Assembly (NCBI RefSeq): GCF_009914755.1
Contig: NC_060928.1
DNA: 64,000 nucleotides
From: the human T2T-CHM13v2.0 reference genome, Homo sapiens
Strand: one strand, 5' to 3'
Position numbers and translations under genes: made by a program. Position 1 is the stretch's first letter. Every line of letters starts with the position of its first letter. The notes under the pieces are model-generated. The model made no database searches, was not told where the DNA came from, and worked only from the letters and a program-made list of their open reading frames with translations. Shown piece by piece: positions 1 through 17,875 of the stretch.

Positions 1-385
1 TTTCAATGTTTTTATTCAACATAGTACTGAAGTTGTAGCCAGAGCAATTCAGCAAGAAAAATATAAAAGGCATCTAAATTGGAAAGGAGAAGTAAAATTA
101 TCTCTATTTACAGATGACATAATATAATATGTAGAAAACCCTAAATATCTCCTCCCCAAACTGTTAAAAGTAATATAGAAATTTAGTCAAGTTACAGCAT
201 AAAAAAATCAACACATAAAATCAATTGCTTTTCAATACTCTAAAAATGAGCTATCTGGAAAGCAAATCAAGATAACTTCATTTATAATAGCACCAAAATA
301 ATAAAATACTTCGGAAAAGTTTACCAAGGAAGAAAAATGCTTTCACACTGAAAACTGCAAAACATTTATGAAAGAAATAAAAAAG
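1..385 (+). mobile_element. Old L1 (L1MB-type) ORF2 reverse-transcriptase region, left part of the host element
   Basis: Degenerate L1 ORF2 with TCTCTATTTACAGATGACAT (LF.DD motif) at ~101-120. The L1 sequence breaks at AAAGAAATAAAAAAG (371-385) and resumes at 15080. Confidence 0.85.
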
Positions 386-754
386 GTGGGGGGGGGTTGT
401 CAGAAAGATGGTAGACTAGGTGATTACTCACTTATATCCCCCATAACAAGAAGTCTGCACACATCCACGGATAAAGTCTCTCTGTGGGAGCCTTGGGGTT
501 AAGGTGCAATTCTGTGATATCCTGATGGAGCCCCAAACCTAAGAGGGTCATTTTGAGAGTACAGACCCACAACTAGGTGGCAGACCTGCTCATTTGGCTC
601 TGGATTCAGACCCAGAAATAACCTCACTCCCCAAAATGCTTGCACATAGACTCAAGTTGAGTAGTCAAATCTGCTATCAGAACCATCTGTCAGGCCATCC
701 AGGAAGAATCATGCACACTAGTGCCTTGGCAGACAAACCCACTGACATTGGTTT

Positions 755-2200
755 CCACTGTGGGTTTAAAAGTTATCATGTCGTTTGTCTCCAGCCCCAC
801 TCAGATATGGCCCGTCTAAGTACAGCTCAATCAAGGACCCAGAAAGACTCATTCATTTGTGCCACTGGGACAGGGTTGCTGGACTCTATCCCACAGCAGA
901 TCCTGAAGGAATTCTGTCTCTGTCTCAGACCCTCTCTGCCACAGCCTAAAAATTATCCCACTCACGGAGAGAACCCCTGGGACACATGCCAATCTGAGCC
1001 TCTGAGACAGATATGCCAGCTTCTGTCCACAATAGATCTTGAAGAGGCCCGGTCTCAGCTCTAGTCATTCTCTGCTGCAGCCAGGCAGTAATCCCAAAGG
1101 CACAGGAATCTGCTGGGAGACTCACCTGTCTATAACTTGATGCTTATCACTCACCAGACTTGCCACTCTCAGTCCCACACAGATCCTGAGGGAGCCCTGT
1201 CATGGCTCCAGCCCCTGCTTGCCACAGTCTGGGAGTACTCCCCTCAGAAATTTGCTGATATACTAGTACATTTCTGCCGTCTTTGTAGGCTATCTAGCTT
1301 CCAGTCCACAGCAGATTCTGAAGGGGTCGTGAAAACTCAATTCCAACCCCTCTTGGTTGCAGTCAGAGAGCAATCCAAATGGCAGAAAGAACCACTGGAA
1401 GGTGCAACACTCTATGCCAAGGGGATAGTCTTACTGAGCTCCATCTCAGATCTGATCCAGAAGGGGCCCTGTCTGGGTACTGACCCTTCTCTGTTGGAGT
1501 CCTGAAGTTATCTTGCCTATACAGGCAACTGCTAGAACACATGCATGGACCTGTTTGCTGGCCTCTCTCATAGCAGATCTTGAAGTGACCCTAAATCTCA
1601 GGTTCAGCCCCTTTCAGCTACAGTTTTGGAGCAATCTTGCTCTCATTGAGGTCTGCTTAGATTCTCACCCCTAGTACGACTGGAACAGACTTGCCAACAC
1701 TGACTGCACCATCCGTTCTGAAGTAGTCTTGAAGCTCAGTTTCAGGCCCTCACAGATGGTTTGATAGCAGTTCTGACTACCCAGGGTCCCTCTGAGAGAC
1801 ATGCCTGTCTGAGTTCCCATGGTAGGCTTGCCAATTTCACTACCACAGTATATCTCAAATGGCCCTGGCTCTTGGTCATGGCCCCACTAGTTGGCACAGT
1901 GAAAGCAGCTCTGACCACCTGGAGACCCGGACTGAGGCCCATTGTGCATTGCTTCTATGGGGTAAAACCCTGACCTTGATCTCATTTTTTATCTTTAAAT
2001 AGTCCTATAAACTGGCTACAGCCCTTCTTGACTGCTGTATAAGAGTAGGCCTGCTCACCCAGGAAACTACTAGGAGATATATATACCTATAATCTCAGCG
2101 ACAGCCTTGAAAATCTCAGTCTCAGTTGTGGATTCTAAAACAATCTTGTGTTTCAGTTCCAGCCAATTTCAGTCATAGATGTGGAAGTGTGTCCAACTCA
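755..2200 (+). repeat. Diverged tandem array of ~11 monomers (~137 bp period) in the L1 5' UTR
   Basis: Motif CCACAGCAGATCCTGAAG...CTCAGCTCCAGCCCCT...CACAG recurs at ~755, 891, 1027, 1175, 1306, 1441, 1568, 1708, 1843, 1982 and 2123. Confidence 0.7.
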
Positions 2201-3542
2201 GAGACACATCAGTGATCCAACAAGAGCCCTCCAAGAAACCTGAAGGAAGCCATATCCATAAGCATTCATGGTTATCCGAAATATCTCTTAAAATCTCAGA
2301 GTGGATCATTATCCCACTGAAAGCACCCCACACAGATCAAGGGCCTGGAGACAGTCTGGTTCACCCAGGGACCAGATATGACTTACACCCACTAGAGCCC
2401 CTGGTAATGTTCACCAACTGTAGTCTCCACTGTCAATTCAACATCAGCCAAGACACATGAATGCAATCCCGCTGAATTGTAATTTCTGAGGCAATCCCAT
2501 CAGCCTAGAGACCTAACAGAAGAGGACTTTAACCTGGAAAACCAGTCAATAAGACCAAAAAAGAGATTTGTTTGTTCAAGCACAGATACCAATGCAAGGC
2601 TATAGGAATAACTAGAATCAGACAACATAACTACCAAAGGAAACTTAAAAAGCTCTAATATCTAACCCCAAAGAAATGGAGATGTAAAAATTATCTGAAA
2701 AATAATTCAAAATAATACTTTCTAAAAAACCCAATGAGATCCTACAAGATACAGATAGGCATTGAAATCCAATTAGAAAAAATACTGCATGAGTAAAATA
2801 AAAAGTTAAAAAGGAAATAGAAACTATAAAATATAAACAGAAATTATGGTGCTAAAGACAATACCAGAACAGAAAAACTTCTAGTTTCAAAGGCAGATTC
2901 AATCATTCAGAAGGACAAATTAGTGCACTTGAAGATAGAATATTTTAAATTTGCCAATTAGAGGAACCAAAAAATAAAAATGGAAAATTAGTAAAGGAAG
3001 AATAAGGGATTTTTAGGACACCATCAAATGTATAAATATAGGAATTGTGAAAGCAGCAGAAAGAAAAGAGAAAAAAGAGACAGAAAGCTTATTAAAAAAT
3101 ACTGTCTGAAGGCCTGTCAAATACTTGGAGGGATATAGACATGTACTAAGAAGCTCAAAAAACCAATACAAAACAGATCAATTAAAAATGAATAACCAAG
3201 ACATAATAATTACATGGTCAGAAGTCAAGGACAAAGAGAGAATCTTGAAAGAAGCAAGAAAGAAGAAAGTTGTCACATATAAAGGACCTTTTATAAGATC
3301 ATTGGGAGATTTCTCAACAGAAAGCTGCAAACCAGGAGAAAGTGGAATGACATGGTCAAAGAGCTAAAATAAGATTTAAAATAATGTCAACCAAGAATGT
3401 TATAACAGCAACAGTATTTGTTAGAAATAAAAGAGAAATAAAGACATTCCAACAGAAACAAATGCTAAGGGAATTCAGCACCATAAAACCAGACATAAAA
3501 GGAATCATAAAGAGAGTTCCTTGAGTTTAAACAAAGAATATA

Positions 3543-3897
3543 TATTATGGTTTGCATATGTCCCCAAAAAAGCTTTTGTTAGAATCTTAATCCTCAATGC
3601 AACGGTGTTGGGAAGTGTGACCTAATGGGAGTTTTTTAGGTCATGAATGCTCTACCTTGGTTAAGGAATTAATGTTGATTATAAAATATCTTGAAGCTGT
3701 AAGTTTTATCTCTTGATTTCTCTAGCACTCTCTTTGCCCTTAGCCATGGAATTATTTAGCAAGAAGACCCTCACCAGAAGTCAGCTTCTTGAACATGTGC
3801 TCCCAACCTCCAGAACCATTACTTAATACATTTATCTTCATAATAAATGACCTAATCTTTGGTATTCTGTTATAGCAGTATGAAGCAGACTAAAATA
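3543..3897 (+). mobile_element. ERVL-MaLR solo LTR (MSTC/MSTD/MLT1A-like)
   Basis: Starts T(A)TTATGGTTTGCATATGTCCCC and ends TTCTGTTATAGCAG...GACTAAAATA, both MaLR LTR termini. It interrupts the L1 inter-ORF region. Confidence 0.8.
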
Positions 3898-4720
3898 ATA
3901 AGAATCAATATCAAAACACATAAAGTTATACAAGTAACTGGTAAAAGGTAGATATATAGTTAAATTCACAATAATCTAATAATTTAAAGGTTATGTGTAA
4001 ATTGCTCTTAAATATAGTATAAGAGTTAAAAGACAAATGTATTTAAAAGAACTATAGCTATAAAATTGATTAATATATACACAAGATAAATAGGTATAAA
4101 GTATAAAATCAATAGCATAAATGTCGAGGGGGAAAGAAGAATAAGTGTAGAATGTCTGTATGTGATCTAAACTAGGCTATTGGCAGCTTCACTTAGGGTA
4201 TTATAATTGTAAGATGTTTTATGTAAGCCTTATAATAAGCAAAAATAAAAATATTCTAGTAGATACACAAAAGAAAGTAATCAATACTCCTTTAAAATGT
4301 AACAAATCACAAATAAAGATGACATTGGAAGAAACAAAAGAACTATAAATTAGTAAAAATTTAATAGAATAACAGTACTAAGCCTCCACCTACCAATAAT
4401 TATGTTAAATTTAAAAAGATTACATTCCCTAATCAAAATACATACGGTAGCTGGAAGAATTAAAAAAAAAACCTTATTTGGCTTTAAGGCCACACTTAAC
4501 TGAGAATAAAGAGATGAGGAAAAGATAAATCAGACAAATAATCACAAAAAAAAAAAAAGCAGAGGTAAGCTAAAAACAGACTTTAGGTCAAAAATGGCAA
4601 AAAATCAACAAAGAAGATAATTATGTAATGATAATGAGGTCAGTTCATCAAGAGAATATACCAATTTTAAATATAAATGCACTAAACATTGGAGCACCTG
4701 AATATATAAAACAAATATTA

Positions 4721-4968
4721 TGGGTTGACTACAGATGTTCCTTATCCAAAGTGATTTGGATCAGGAGTATTTCAGAATTCAAATATTTTCTTTTGAATTT
4801 TTCAATATTTACATCATATACTTACCAGTTGAGCACCCCAAATCAAAATATCTAAAGTTGAAAATGTTCTAATGGGCATTTGCTTTTAGCATTATGTTGG
4901 CATTCATACATTTTTTGATTTGGCAGTATTTTCAGTTTCAGATCTTCAGATCTGAGATGCTCAGGCTG
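4721..4968. mobile_element. Tigger4a (MER46/Zombi) TcMar MITE
   Basis: TIR-like ends GGTTGACT...CCTTATCC and GATCTGAGATGCTCAGGCTG, internal CAGTTGAGCACCCCAAATC. Inserted at a TA in L1 ORF2 (ACAAATATTA|ATAGATCTGA). Confidence 0.75.
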
Positions 4969-5574
4969 CAATAGATCTGAAGGTAGAAATAGCAAGATAA
5001 TAATGGTAGGCGATTTCAATACTCCACTTTCAATAATGAATAGATCATCCAGACATAAAATCAGTAACAAAAACAGTGGACTTGAACACTTTTTAGACCA
5101 AATGGATTTAAGAAAGATATACAAAAACTTCTATTCTATAGCAGAAGAATACACATTCTTCCCAAGTGCACATGGAATGTTCTCTAACATAAGTCATTTA
5201 TTAGGCCACATGACAAGCCTTAACAAATTTAATAAAATTGAAATCATATCAATTATATTTTTTGACCATAATAAAATGAAACTAGAATTTAGTAACAGAA
5301 GGAGAATTGAATTCACAAATATGTGAAAATTAAACAACACAATCCTGAACACCAGGCATATAAGAAGTAATCAAAGAAAATATCAGAAAATATCCTGGGA
5401 CAAATGAAAATGAAAACACATCATATTAAACTTATGGGATGCTTCAAAAGCAGTTTTAAGAAGGAAGTTTACATCACTAAATATCTACATCAAAAAATAA
5501 GAGAGGTTTCTAATAAGCAACTTAACATCCAGCCTCAAGGAAAAAGAAAATAACTAAGCTGAACATCAGTACAA

Positions 5575-7016
5575 GAAGGGCTCAGAAGAAGACAGGAAAA
5601 TGTGAGAAAGTTTGGAACTTCCTAGAGACTTGTTGAATGGCTTTGACCAAAACGTTGAATAGTGATATGGACAATGAAGTCCAATCTGAGGTAGTCTCAG
5701 ATGAAGATGAGGAACTCGTTGGGAACTGGAGAGAAGGTCTTTCTTGCTATGCTTTTAGCAAAAAGAATGAAGGCATTTTGTCCCTGATCTAGAGATTTGT
5801 GGAACTTTGAACTTGAGAGAGATGATTTAGGGTATCTGGTAGAAAAAATATCTAAGCAGCAAAGTGTTCAAGAGGAAGCAGAGCATAAAAGTTTGAAAAA
5901 TTTGCAGCCTGATGATGGGGATAGAAAAGAAAAAAACATTTTCTGGGGAGAAATTTAAGCTGGTTGCAGAAACTTGCGTAAGTCATGAGGAGCCAAATGA
6001 CAATGGGGAATATGTCTCTAGGGTCTGTCAGAGACCCACGTGGCAACCCCTCCCATCACAGGCCCAGAGGCCTCGGGGGGGAAATGGTTTCGTGCGCAGG
6101 CCCCAGGAATCCCCTATTCTGTGCAGCCTGAGGAATTGGTGCCCTGGATCCCAGCTGCTTCAGGTCTAGCTGTGGCTAAAAGCAACCAACATACAGCTAG
6201 GGTCATTGCTTCAGAGGCTGTATGCCCCAAGCTTTGGCAGCTTCCACAGGGTGCTGAGCATGTGGGTGCACAGAAGTCAAGAATTGAAGCTTGGGAACCT
6301 CTGCATAGATTTCAGAGGATGTATGGGAATGCCAAGATGTCCCAGCGGAAGATTGCTGCAGGGATGGAGCCCTCATGGAGAACCTCTGCTAGGGAAGTGT
6401 AAAGGGGAAATGTGGAGTTGGAGCCCCCATACAGAGTCCCCACTAGGGCACTGCCTAGTGAAGCTGTGACAAGAGGGCCACCATACTTCAGACCCCAGAA
6501 TGCTAGATCCACTGATGGCTTGCACTGTTCACCTGGAAAAGCCATAGACACTCAATGCCAGCCCATGAAAGCAGCTGGGAGGGGGGGTTTTACCCTGCAA
6601 AGCCACAAGGACAGAGCTGCCCAAGGCCATCAGAACCCACCTCTTGCATCAGCATGCCCTGCATGTGAGACATGGAGTCAAAGGAGTTCATTTTGGAACT
6701 TTAAGGTTTAATGACTGCCCTGTTAGATTTCAGACCTGTATGGGGCCTGTACCTCCTTTGTTTTGACCATTTTTTGCCATTTGAAATAAGTGTATTTACC
6801 CAGTGCCTGTACTCCCATTCTATCCAGAAAGTAATTAACTTAGTTTTGATTTTACAGGATCATAGGTGAAAGGGACTTGCCTTGTCTCAGATGAGACTTT
6901 GGACTTGACCTTTGGGTTAATGCTGGAATGAGTTAAGACTTTGTGGGACTGTTGGAAGGGCATAATTGTGTTTTGAAATGTGAGGACCTAAAATTTGGGA
7001 GGGCCTAGGGGCAGAT
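5575..7016 (+). mobile_element. THE1 internal region, lacking the 5' LTR
   Basis: GGCTCAGAAGAAGACAGG... and PHRVPTGALPS-like MaLR-internal ORF remnants, polypurine tract at ~7000-7015. Colinear with the intact THE1 at 51150-52587. Confidence 0.9.
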
Positions 7017-7390
7017 TGATATGATTTCACTGAGTCCCCACCCAAATGTCACCTTGACTTGTAATCCCCATAATCCCCATGTATTAAGGGCAGGACCATG
7101 TGGAGGTAACTGAATCATGGGGGTGGTATCCCCTATGCTGTTCTTGTGATAATTAGTGAGTCTCACAAGATATGATGGTTTTATAAGCCTCTGACATTTC
7201 TCTTCCCTGCACTCACTCCATCCCGTCACCTTGTGACAAAGATGCCTGCTTTTCCTTTGCCTTCCACCATAATTGTAAGTTTCCTGAGGCCTCCCAGCCA
7301 TGTGGAATTTAAATCAATTAAACCTCTTTCCTCTATAAATTACCCAGCCTTGGGTATTTCTTCATAGCAGCATGAGAATGGACTAACACA
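7017..7390 (+). mobile_element. THE1 3' LTR (THE1D-like)
   Basis: TGATATG...CCCCACCCAAAT start, TTTTATAA TATA box, CAATTAAACCTCTTT poly(A) region, GACTAACACA end. Confidence 0.9.
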
Positions 7391-7579
7391 AAAGATAATA
7401 GAAAAATGAGTAAAACTTAGAATTGTGTCTTTAAAGAGATAAACAAAAGTGATAAAACTTTAGCCAGACTTACTCAGACAGAAGAGAGAAGACTCAAATA
7501 AATAAAATAAAACATGAAAGAAGAGATATTACAACTGGTAACACAAAAATGTAAAGGATCATAAATGACTACTATGAAC

Positions 7580-8501
<922 letters not shown>

Positions 8502-8761
8502 TATACAATCTAACAAGCTTATTAAAAAGAAATAGAAAAACTAAACCCATCAAAAAAATGAGTAAAGAGATTGAATTAAAAACAAAAAAAAACAAAAAAA
8601 AACAACTTCTTTTCAAAGAAAGGCTCAGGGCCAGAAGGCTTCGTGGTGGAATTCTACCAGATATTGAAATAAATAAAATCAATCATTCTCAAAACTTTTT
8701 TAAAAAGCTGAAATAGAGGAAATATTTCCAAAGTTATTTTATGAAGCCAGCATTACCCTGA

Positions 8762-9727
8762 TACTGGGGGAAACTGCCCCCAATATTTCAACATAGGTTC
8801 TTTCTATTTTCCTTAAGTGTTGGCCAGCTGAGAAATAAAGAGTACAAAGAGAGGAATTTTACAGCTGGGCCACCCGGGTGACATCATATATTGGTAGGAC
8901 TGTGATGCCCGGCTGAGTCTCAGACAAGCAAGTTTTTATTAACTGTTTCAAAAGGAGGGGGCAAAAGCAGAATTACTGACAAGGGTCCAACAATCACAAA
9001 GCAAAGGGCAAAAGCAGAACTACTGATAAGGGTCCATGTTCATCGGTGCACGTATTTTCTTGATAAACATCTTAAACAACAGAAAACAGGGTTCAAAAGC
9101 AGAGAACCGGTCTGACCACAAATCCAGGGTGGAGTTTTTTCCCCACCCTAGTAAGCCTGAGGGTACTGCAGGAGACCAGGGCGTATCTCAGTCCTTATCT
9201 CCACCACATAAGACAAACACTCCCAGAGTGGCCGTTTATAGACCTCCCCCCAGGAATGCATTCCTTTCCCAGGGTATTAATATTAACATTCCTTGCTTGC
9301 TAGGGAAAAGAATTTAGCAATCTCTCTCCTACTTGCATGTCCATTTACAGGCTCTCTGCAAGAAGAAAAATATGGCTCTTCTTGCCTGACCTGCAGGCAG
9401 TCAGACCTTATGGTTGTCTTCCCTTGTTCCCTAAAAATTGCTGTTATTCTGTTATTTTTCAAGGTGCACTGATTTCATATTGTTCAAACACACATGTTTT
9501 ACAATCAATTTGTACAGTTAACACAATTATCACAGTGATGCTGAGGTGACGTACATCCTCAGCTTACGAAGATAACAGGATTAAGAGATTAAAGTAAAGA
9601 CAGGCATAATAAATTATAAAAGTATTATTTAGTAACAGATAAATGTCCATGAAATCTTCACAATTTATGTTCCTCTGCCACAGCTCCAGCCGGTCCCTCC
9701 ATTCAGGGTCCCTGACTTCCCACAACA
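8762..9727 (-). mobile_element. MER11 solo LTR (HERV-K(HML-8))
   Basis: Right end is the reverse complement of TGTTG(C)GGGAAGTCAGGGACCC...GAACATAAATTGTGAAGATTTCATGGAC. Perfect 6-bp TSD CCCTGA, typical of class II ERVs. Confidence 0.9.
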
Positions 9728-11239
9728 CCCTGATATCAAAGCCACTAGAAGAACAGAAAATTACAGTCCAGTATTTCTAATGATCATTTATTTCTGGGAT
9801 GCAAAAATCTTTATATATATATATATATATGTTAGTAAATGTAATACAGAATAAGGCAAAAAACATGTAATCATCTCAACATATGCTACAAAACATAGGA
9901 CAAAATTCAACATTCTTTGAGGATTAAAAAAAAAAAACTTTAAAAATTTAGGCATAGAAGAAATTTACCTCAACACAACAACAAAACTAATGTATGATAA
10001 ACTCACAGCTACCATCATACTCAATAGTGAAAATCTGTAATCATTTCCTCTAAGATGAGAAACAAAATAAGGATGTCTACTCTCATCACTTCTATTCAAT
10101 CCCAAAATCTAGCCACAGAATTGACAAGAAAAACAAAAGGTATCTAAATTGAAAGAGACGAAGTAAAATTGTCTTCGGTTGCAGATGGCATGATTTTATA
10201 TACAGAAAAATCAAGACTATCAAGAAAACGTTAGAATTGAGAAACAAAGTTGTAGAATACAATGCCAACACATAAAACTCAGTAGCATTTCTTTACACTA
10301 ACAACAAACTATCTAAAAAATAAAAATAAAAAAATTCCATTCACAATAGTTTTATAAAAATAAACTATTTATGAGTAAACTTAACCAAGGAAATAGAAAA
10401 CCTATATACTGAAAAGTATAAAACATTAATAACGACAAAAGTACACAGCACAAATAAATGGAAAATTATTTTGTGTTCAAGGATTAGAAGAATTACTATT
10501 AGTAACATGTCAAACCCCAAAAGACCTACAGATTCAATGCGTTTTCTATCAAAATGCCAATATTATGTTTTTGCACAAACAGAAAAAATAATTCTAACAT
10601 TTTATGAAATGACAAAACACCCTGAAAAGTCAAAGAAATCTTGATAAAAAAGGAAAAGGCTGGAGGCATCCCATCACCTGACTTCAAAATCTATTACAAA
10701 GCTATAGTAATCAAGACACCATAATACTGGATAAAACAGACACATTGACCAATGGAATAGAATATAGATCCCAAAAATAGACCCATACATTTATGCTCAT
10801 GTGAGTTTCAACATCAATTACAAGAACACATAATGGAGACATGTCAATCTCTTCAATAAATGGTACTGGGAAAACTAAATATTCACATGCAAAAGAATCA
10901 AATTGCACTCTTATTTTACAACATATGCAAAATCTAACTTAAAAGATATGAAAGACTTTTACATAAAAACTGAAATTGTAAAACAACTAGAGAAAAACAA
11001 AGTGTATATGTTCCACAACATTGATCTCTGGTAAAAGATTTCTCAGTTATAACCCCCAAAACACAGGCAACAACAACAAAAAAGAAACAAGTGGGATTAC
11101 ATCAAACTATAAAGCTGCCACACTGAAAAGGGCATAATTAATAGAGTGAAGAGACAAACCATGGATTGGGAGAACATATTTGCAAATAATACATCAGATA
11201 ATGGACTAATTTTCCAAATATATAAGAACCCAAACAATG

Positions 11240-14065
<2,826 letters not shown>

Positions 14066-15357
14066 AAAGTCAATAACAAAAAGACACCCCATTTAGATAA
14101 TGGGCAAGTGACATAAATAAACATTTCTTAAAAGACAACATACAAGTGGCCAATAGACATATGAAAAAATTTTTATCATCACCAACCATCAGAGAAACGC
14201 AAATTAAAACCACAAAGAGATATCAACTCACATCTGTTGAAAGGGCTATTATTTAGAAAATGAAAGATCATTTGTGACTAGGATGTGAAAAAATGAAAAT
14301 ACTTATGCACCAAGGGTGGGAGTATAAATTAGTAAAAGCTTTATGGAAAACAGTAGGGCGTTTCCTCAGAAAATTAAAAATAGAATTATTACATGATCAA
14401 GCAATATCACTTCTGGATTTATATTGAAAACAAAAAAGAAATCAGCATGCATAAGAGATACATGGATTACCATATTCATCGCAGCATTATCTGCAAAGCT
14501 AAGATATGGATGAAACCTAGATGTCTATTATTAAGTAAATGGATAAAGAAAATGTGGTATAGATATACCACAGAATACTATACAGCCTTAAAAACGAAAG
14601 AAATTCTGTCATTTGTGACAACATGAACATGGAGAACATTATGCTAATTAAATAAACCAGACACAGAAAGATAAATAATACATGATTTAAACTATTTGTG
14701 AAGTCTAAAAAGTTGAATATGTAGAAATAGAGAGTAAAGTGGTAGGTACAAGAGGCTGGGGGTGGGGGTGGATGGGGAAAGGGAAGATGTTGATGAAAGG
14801 GTACAAAATTTTAATTAGATGGAAGAAATAAGCTTTAGTGATCTATTGCACAAAATGGTGATTCTAATAATGGTACCTTTCCTGTTGAAAAACTGCTTAA
14901 AAAGTTGATTTTAAATGCTTTTACCACAAAAAGATAAGTATGTGAAGTGATGAATTTACTAATTAACTTGATGTAATCATCACACGGTGTGAATATATAT
15001 CAGAACATTACATTTTATACCATAAATATATTATAACTCTTAATTTGTCCATAGAAAATAAAATAAAATTAATTTTACAAAAGAAATTAAAGAAGCCACA
15101 AATAAAGGGAAAGATATTTCATGTGGACAGACTTAATATTGTTAAGATGTCAATGCTATCTAAAACAATCTGCAGATGTAATGCAATCTCTGCCAAAATC
15201 TCAACAGCATTTTTTGCAGAAATAGAAAAATCTATCCTAACATTTATAGGGACTCTCAAAGTACTCCAAATAGCAAACACAATCTTGAAAAAGAACAAGG
15301 TCTTATATTCCCTGGTTTCAAAACTTATTAAATAATTGTCATATACCAAAGAGTGTG

Positions 15358-15730
15358 TGTTATGGCTAGGATGATTATATCTCCCCAAAAATTCCTATGT
15401 TGAAACCTTACTAATTTGGTGGTTTTAGGAAACAAAAATATTTGAGAAGTAATTAAGGTTAGGTGAGGTCATGCTGGTGGAGCCCTCATAAATGGGATTT
15501 GTGTTCTTGTAGGAATCCCAAGAGAACTTGCTTCCTTTCTCCACCATGGGAGTATATAGTGAGAAAATTGCAGTCTAGGAACTAGGAAACAGGCCCTCAC
15601 TAGACACTGAAACTATTGTTAGTTTGATCTTGAAATTTCCAGACACCAGAACTGTGAGAAATGAACTTTTTGTCATTTAAGCTACCCACTTAATGATATT
15701 TTGTTAGAGCATCCCTAGCTGACTAAAATA
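15358..15730 (+). mobile_element. MLT1A-like solo LTR
   Basis: TGTTATGG start, CCAGAACTGTGAGAAATGAA, GACTAAAATA end, degenerate TSD GTGTG/GTGCA. Confidence 0.8.
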
Positions 15731-16621
15731 GTGCAGTAATAGCATAAAGACAGACATGTAAACCAATGGAATAGAATAAAGAGACTAGGAGAAAACCCTT
15801 GCATATATGGTCAAATGATTTTCAACAAGGGATCCAAGATCATTTAGTGGGGAAAAGAGCAATCTTTTCAACTAATGGTGGTGGGAAAATTGTATTTCTA
15901 CAAGCAAAATAATGAAATTGGAATCTTACCTTACACCATATATAAAAATCAACTCAAAATGAATTAAAGACCTAAATGTAAGATGTATAAAACCCTTAGA
16001 CAAAGACATGAGAAACGCTATATGATATTCGAATTGGCAGAGTTCTTAGATATGACATTAAAAGCATCAGAAAGACAATTAAAAAATGGGTAAATCTAAT
16101 CTAGTCTTAAATTAAAAACTTCTTGCATCAAAGGACATTATTAACAGAATGAAAAACAACTTATAGAATGGCAGGAAATACTTGCAAATCATACATCTGG
16201 TAGGAAGTTAATATCCAAAATATATAATAAATGTCTGTAAATCAAGAACAATAAAAATGAATAACCAAATTTAAAAAAGGGTAAATGACTTAAATGGACA
16301 TTTCTCCAAAGGAGGTATACAAAAGGTCTACAGACATAATGAAAAGATGCTCAACATCACTATAATCATCAGGGAAATGCAAATAAAAGCCACAATGATA
16401 TGTCACCTCACACCCATCAGGATGGCTGCTATCAAAAAAAACAGAAAAGTGTGAAGACGTGAAGAAATTGCAACTCTTATTCATCACTAGTAGATGAAAA
16501 ATAGTGCAGCTGCTGTGGAAAGCAGTATGGTGATTCCTCAAAAAATTCCAAATAAAATTACCATATGATTCAGCAATATTACTTCTGGGTATATATGCAA
16601 AATAATTGAAAGAAGAGTCTT

Positions 16622-16971
<350 letters not shown>

Positions 16972-17037
16972 TCACAATAGCCAAGAGGTGGAAGCAACCC
17001 AACCCAAGTGTCCATAATGGGTGAGAGGATAAACAAA

Positions 17038-17113
17038 ATGTATATATACACAGATATATACACACACATACATATACACACATGCCTACATATGTAAATG
17101 TGTACATATATAT
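17038..17113. repeat. (TA)/(CA) compound microsatellite
   Basis: Imperfect TATA/CACA runs. Confidence 0.8.
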
Positions 17114-17403
17114 AATGGAATAGTATTCAGCCATAAAAAAGAAGAAAATTCTGTTCCATTCTACCACATAGGTGAACGTTGAGGGCATTATGCAAAATAA
17201 AATAAGCCAGCCACAAAACGATAAGTACTGTAGGATTTCACTTACATGAGGTATATAGTCAAATTCATAGAAACAGAAAGTAGAATGGCAGTTACCAGTG
17301 GCTAGACGCAGTGAGAAATAGAGAATTATTTACCTGGTATAGAGTTTCAGATTTGCAAGATAAAAATGTGAAGATTGATAGTGCAACAATGTAAATACAT
17401 TTA

Positions 17404-17875
<472 letters not shown>

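Noticed and set aside
594-1505. 156-aa and 122-aa ORFs in the first 1.5 kb
   Set aside because: They start at TTG, lie in the L1 5' UTR monomer array and show no recognisable domain.
755-2200. Regular repeat-spacer-like periodicity as a CRISPR array
   Set aside because: Eukaryotic context, whole units are homologous and diverged rather than identical repeats with unique spacers, and there are no cas genes.
5912-6711. Overlapping ORFs in THE1/MST internal regions (also 51400-52485 and 62378-63754)
   Set aside because: Frameshifted remnants of the known MaLR internal ORF.
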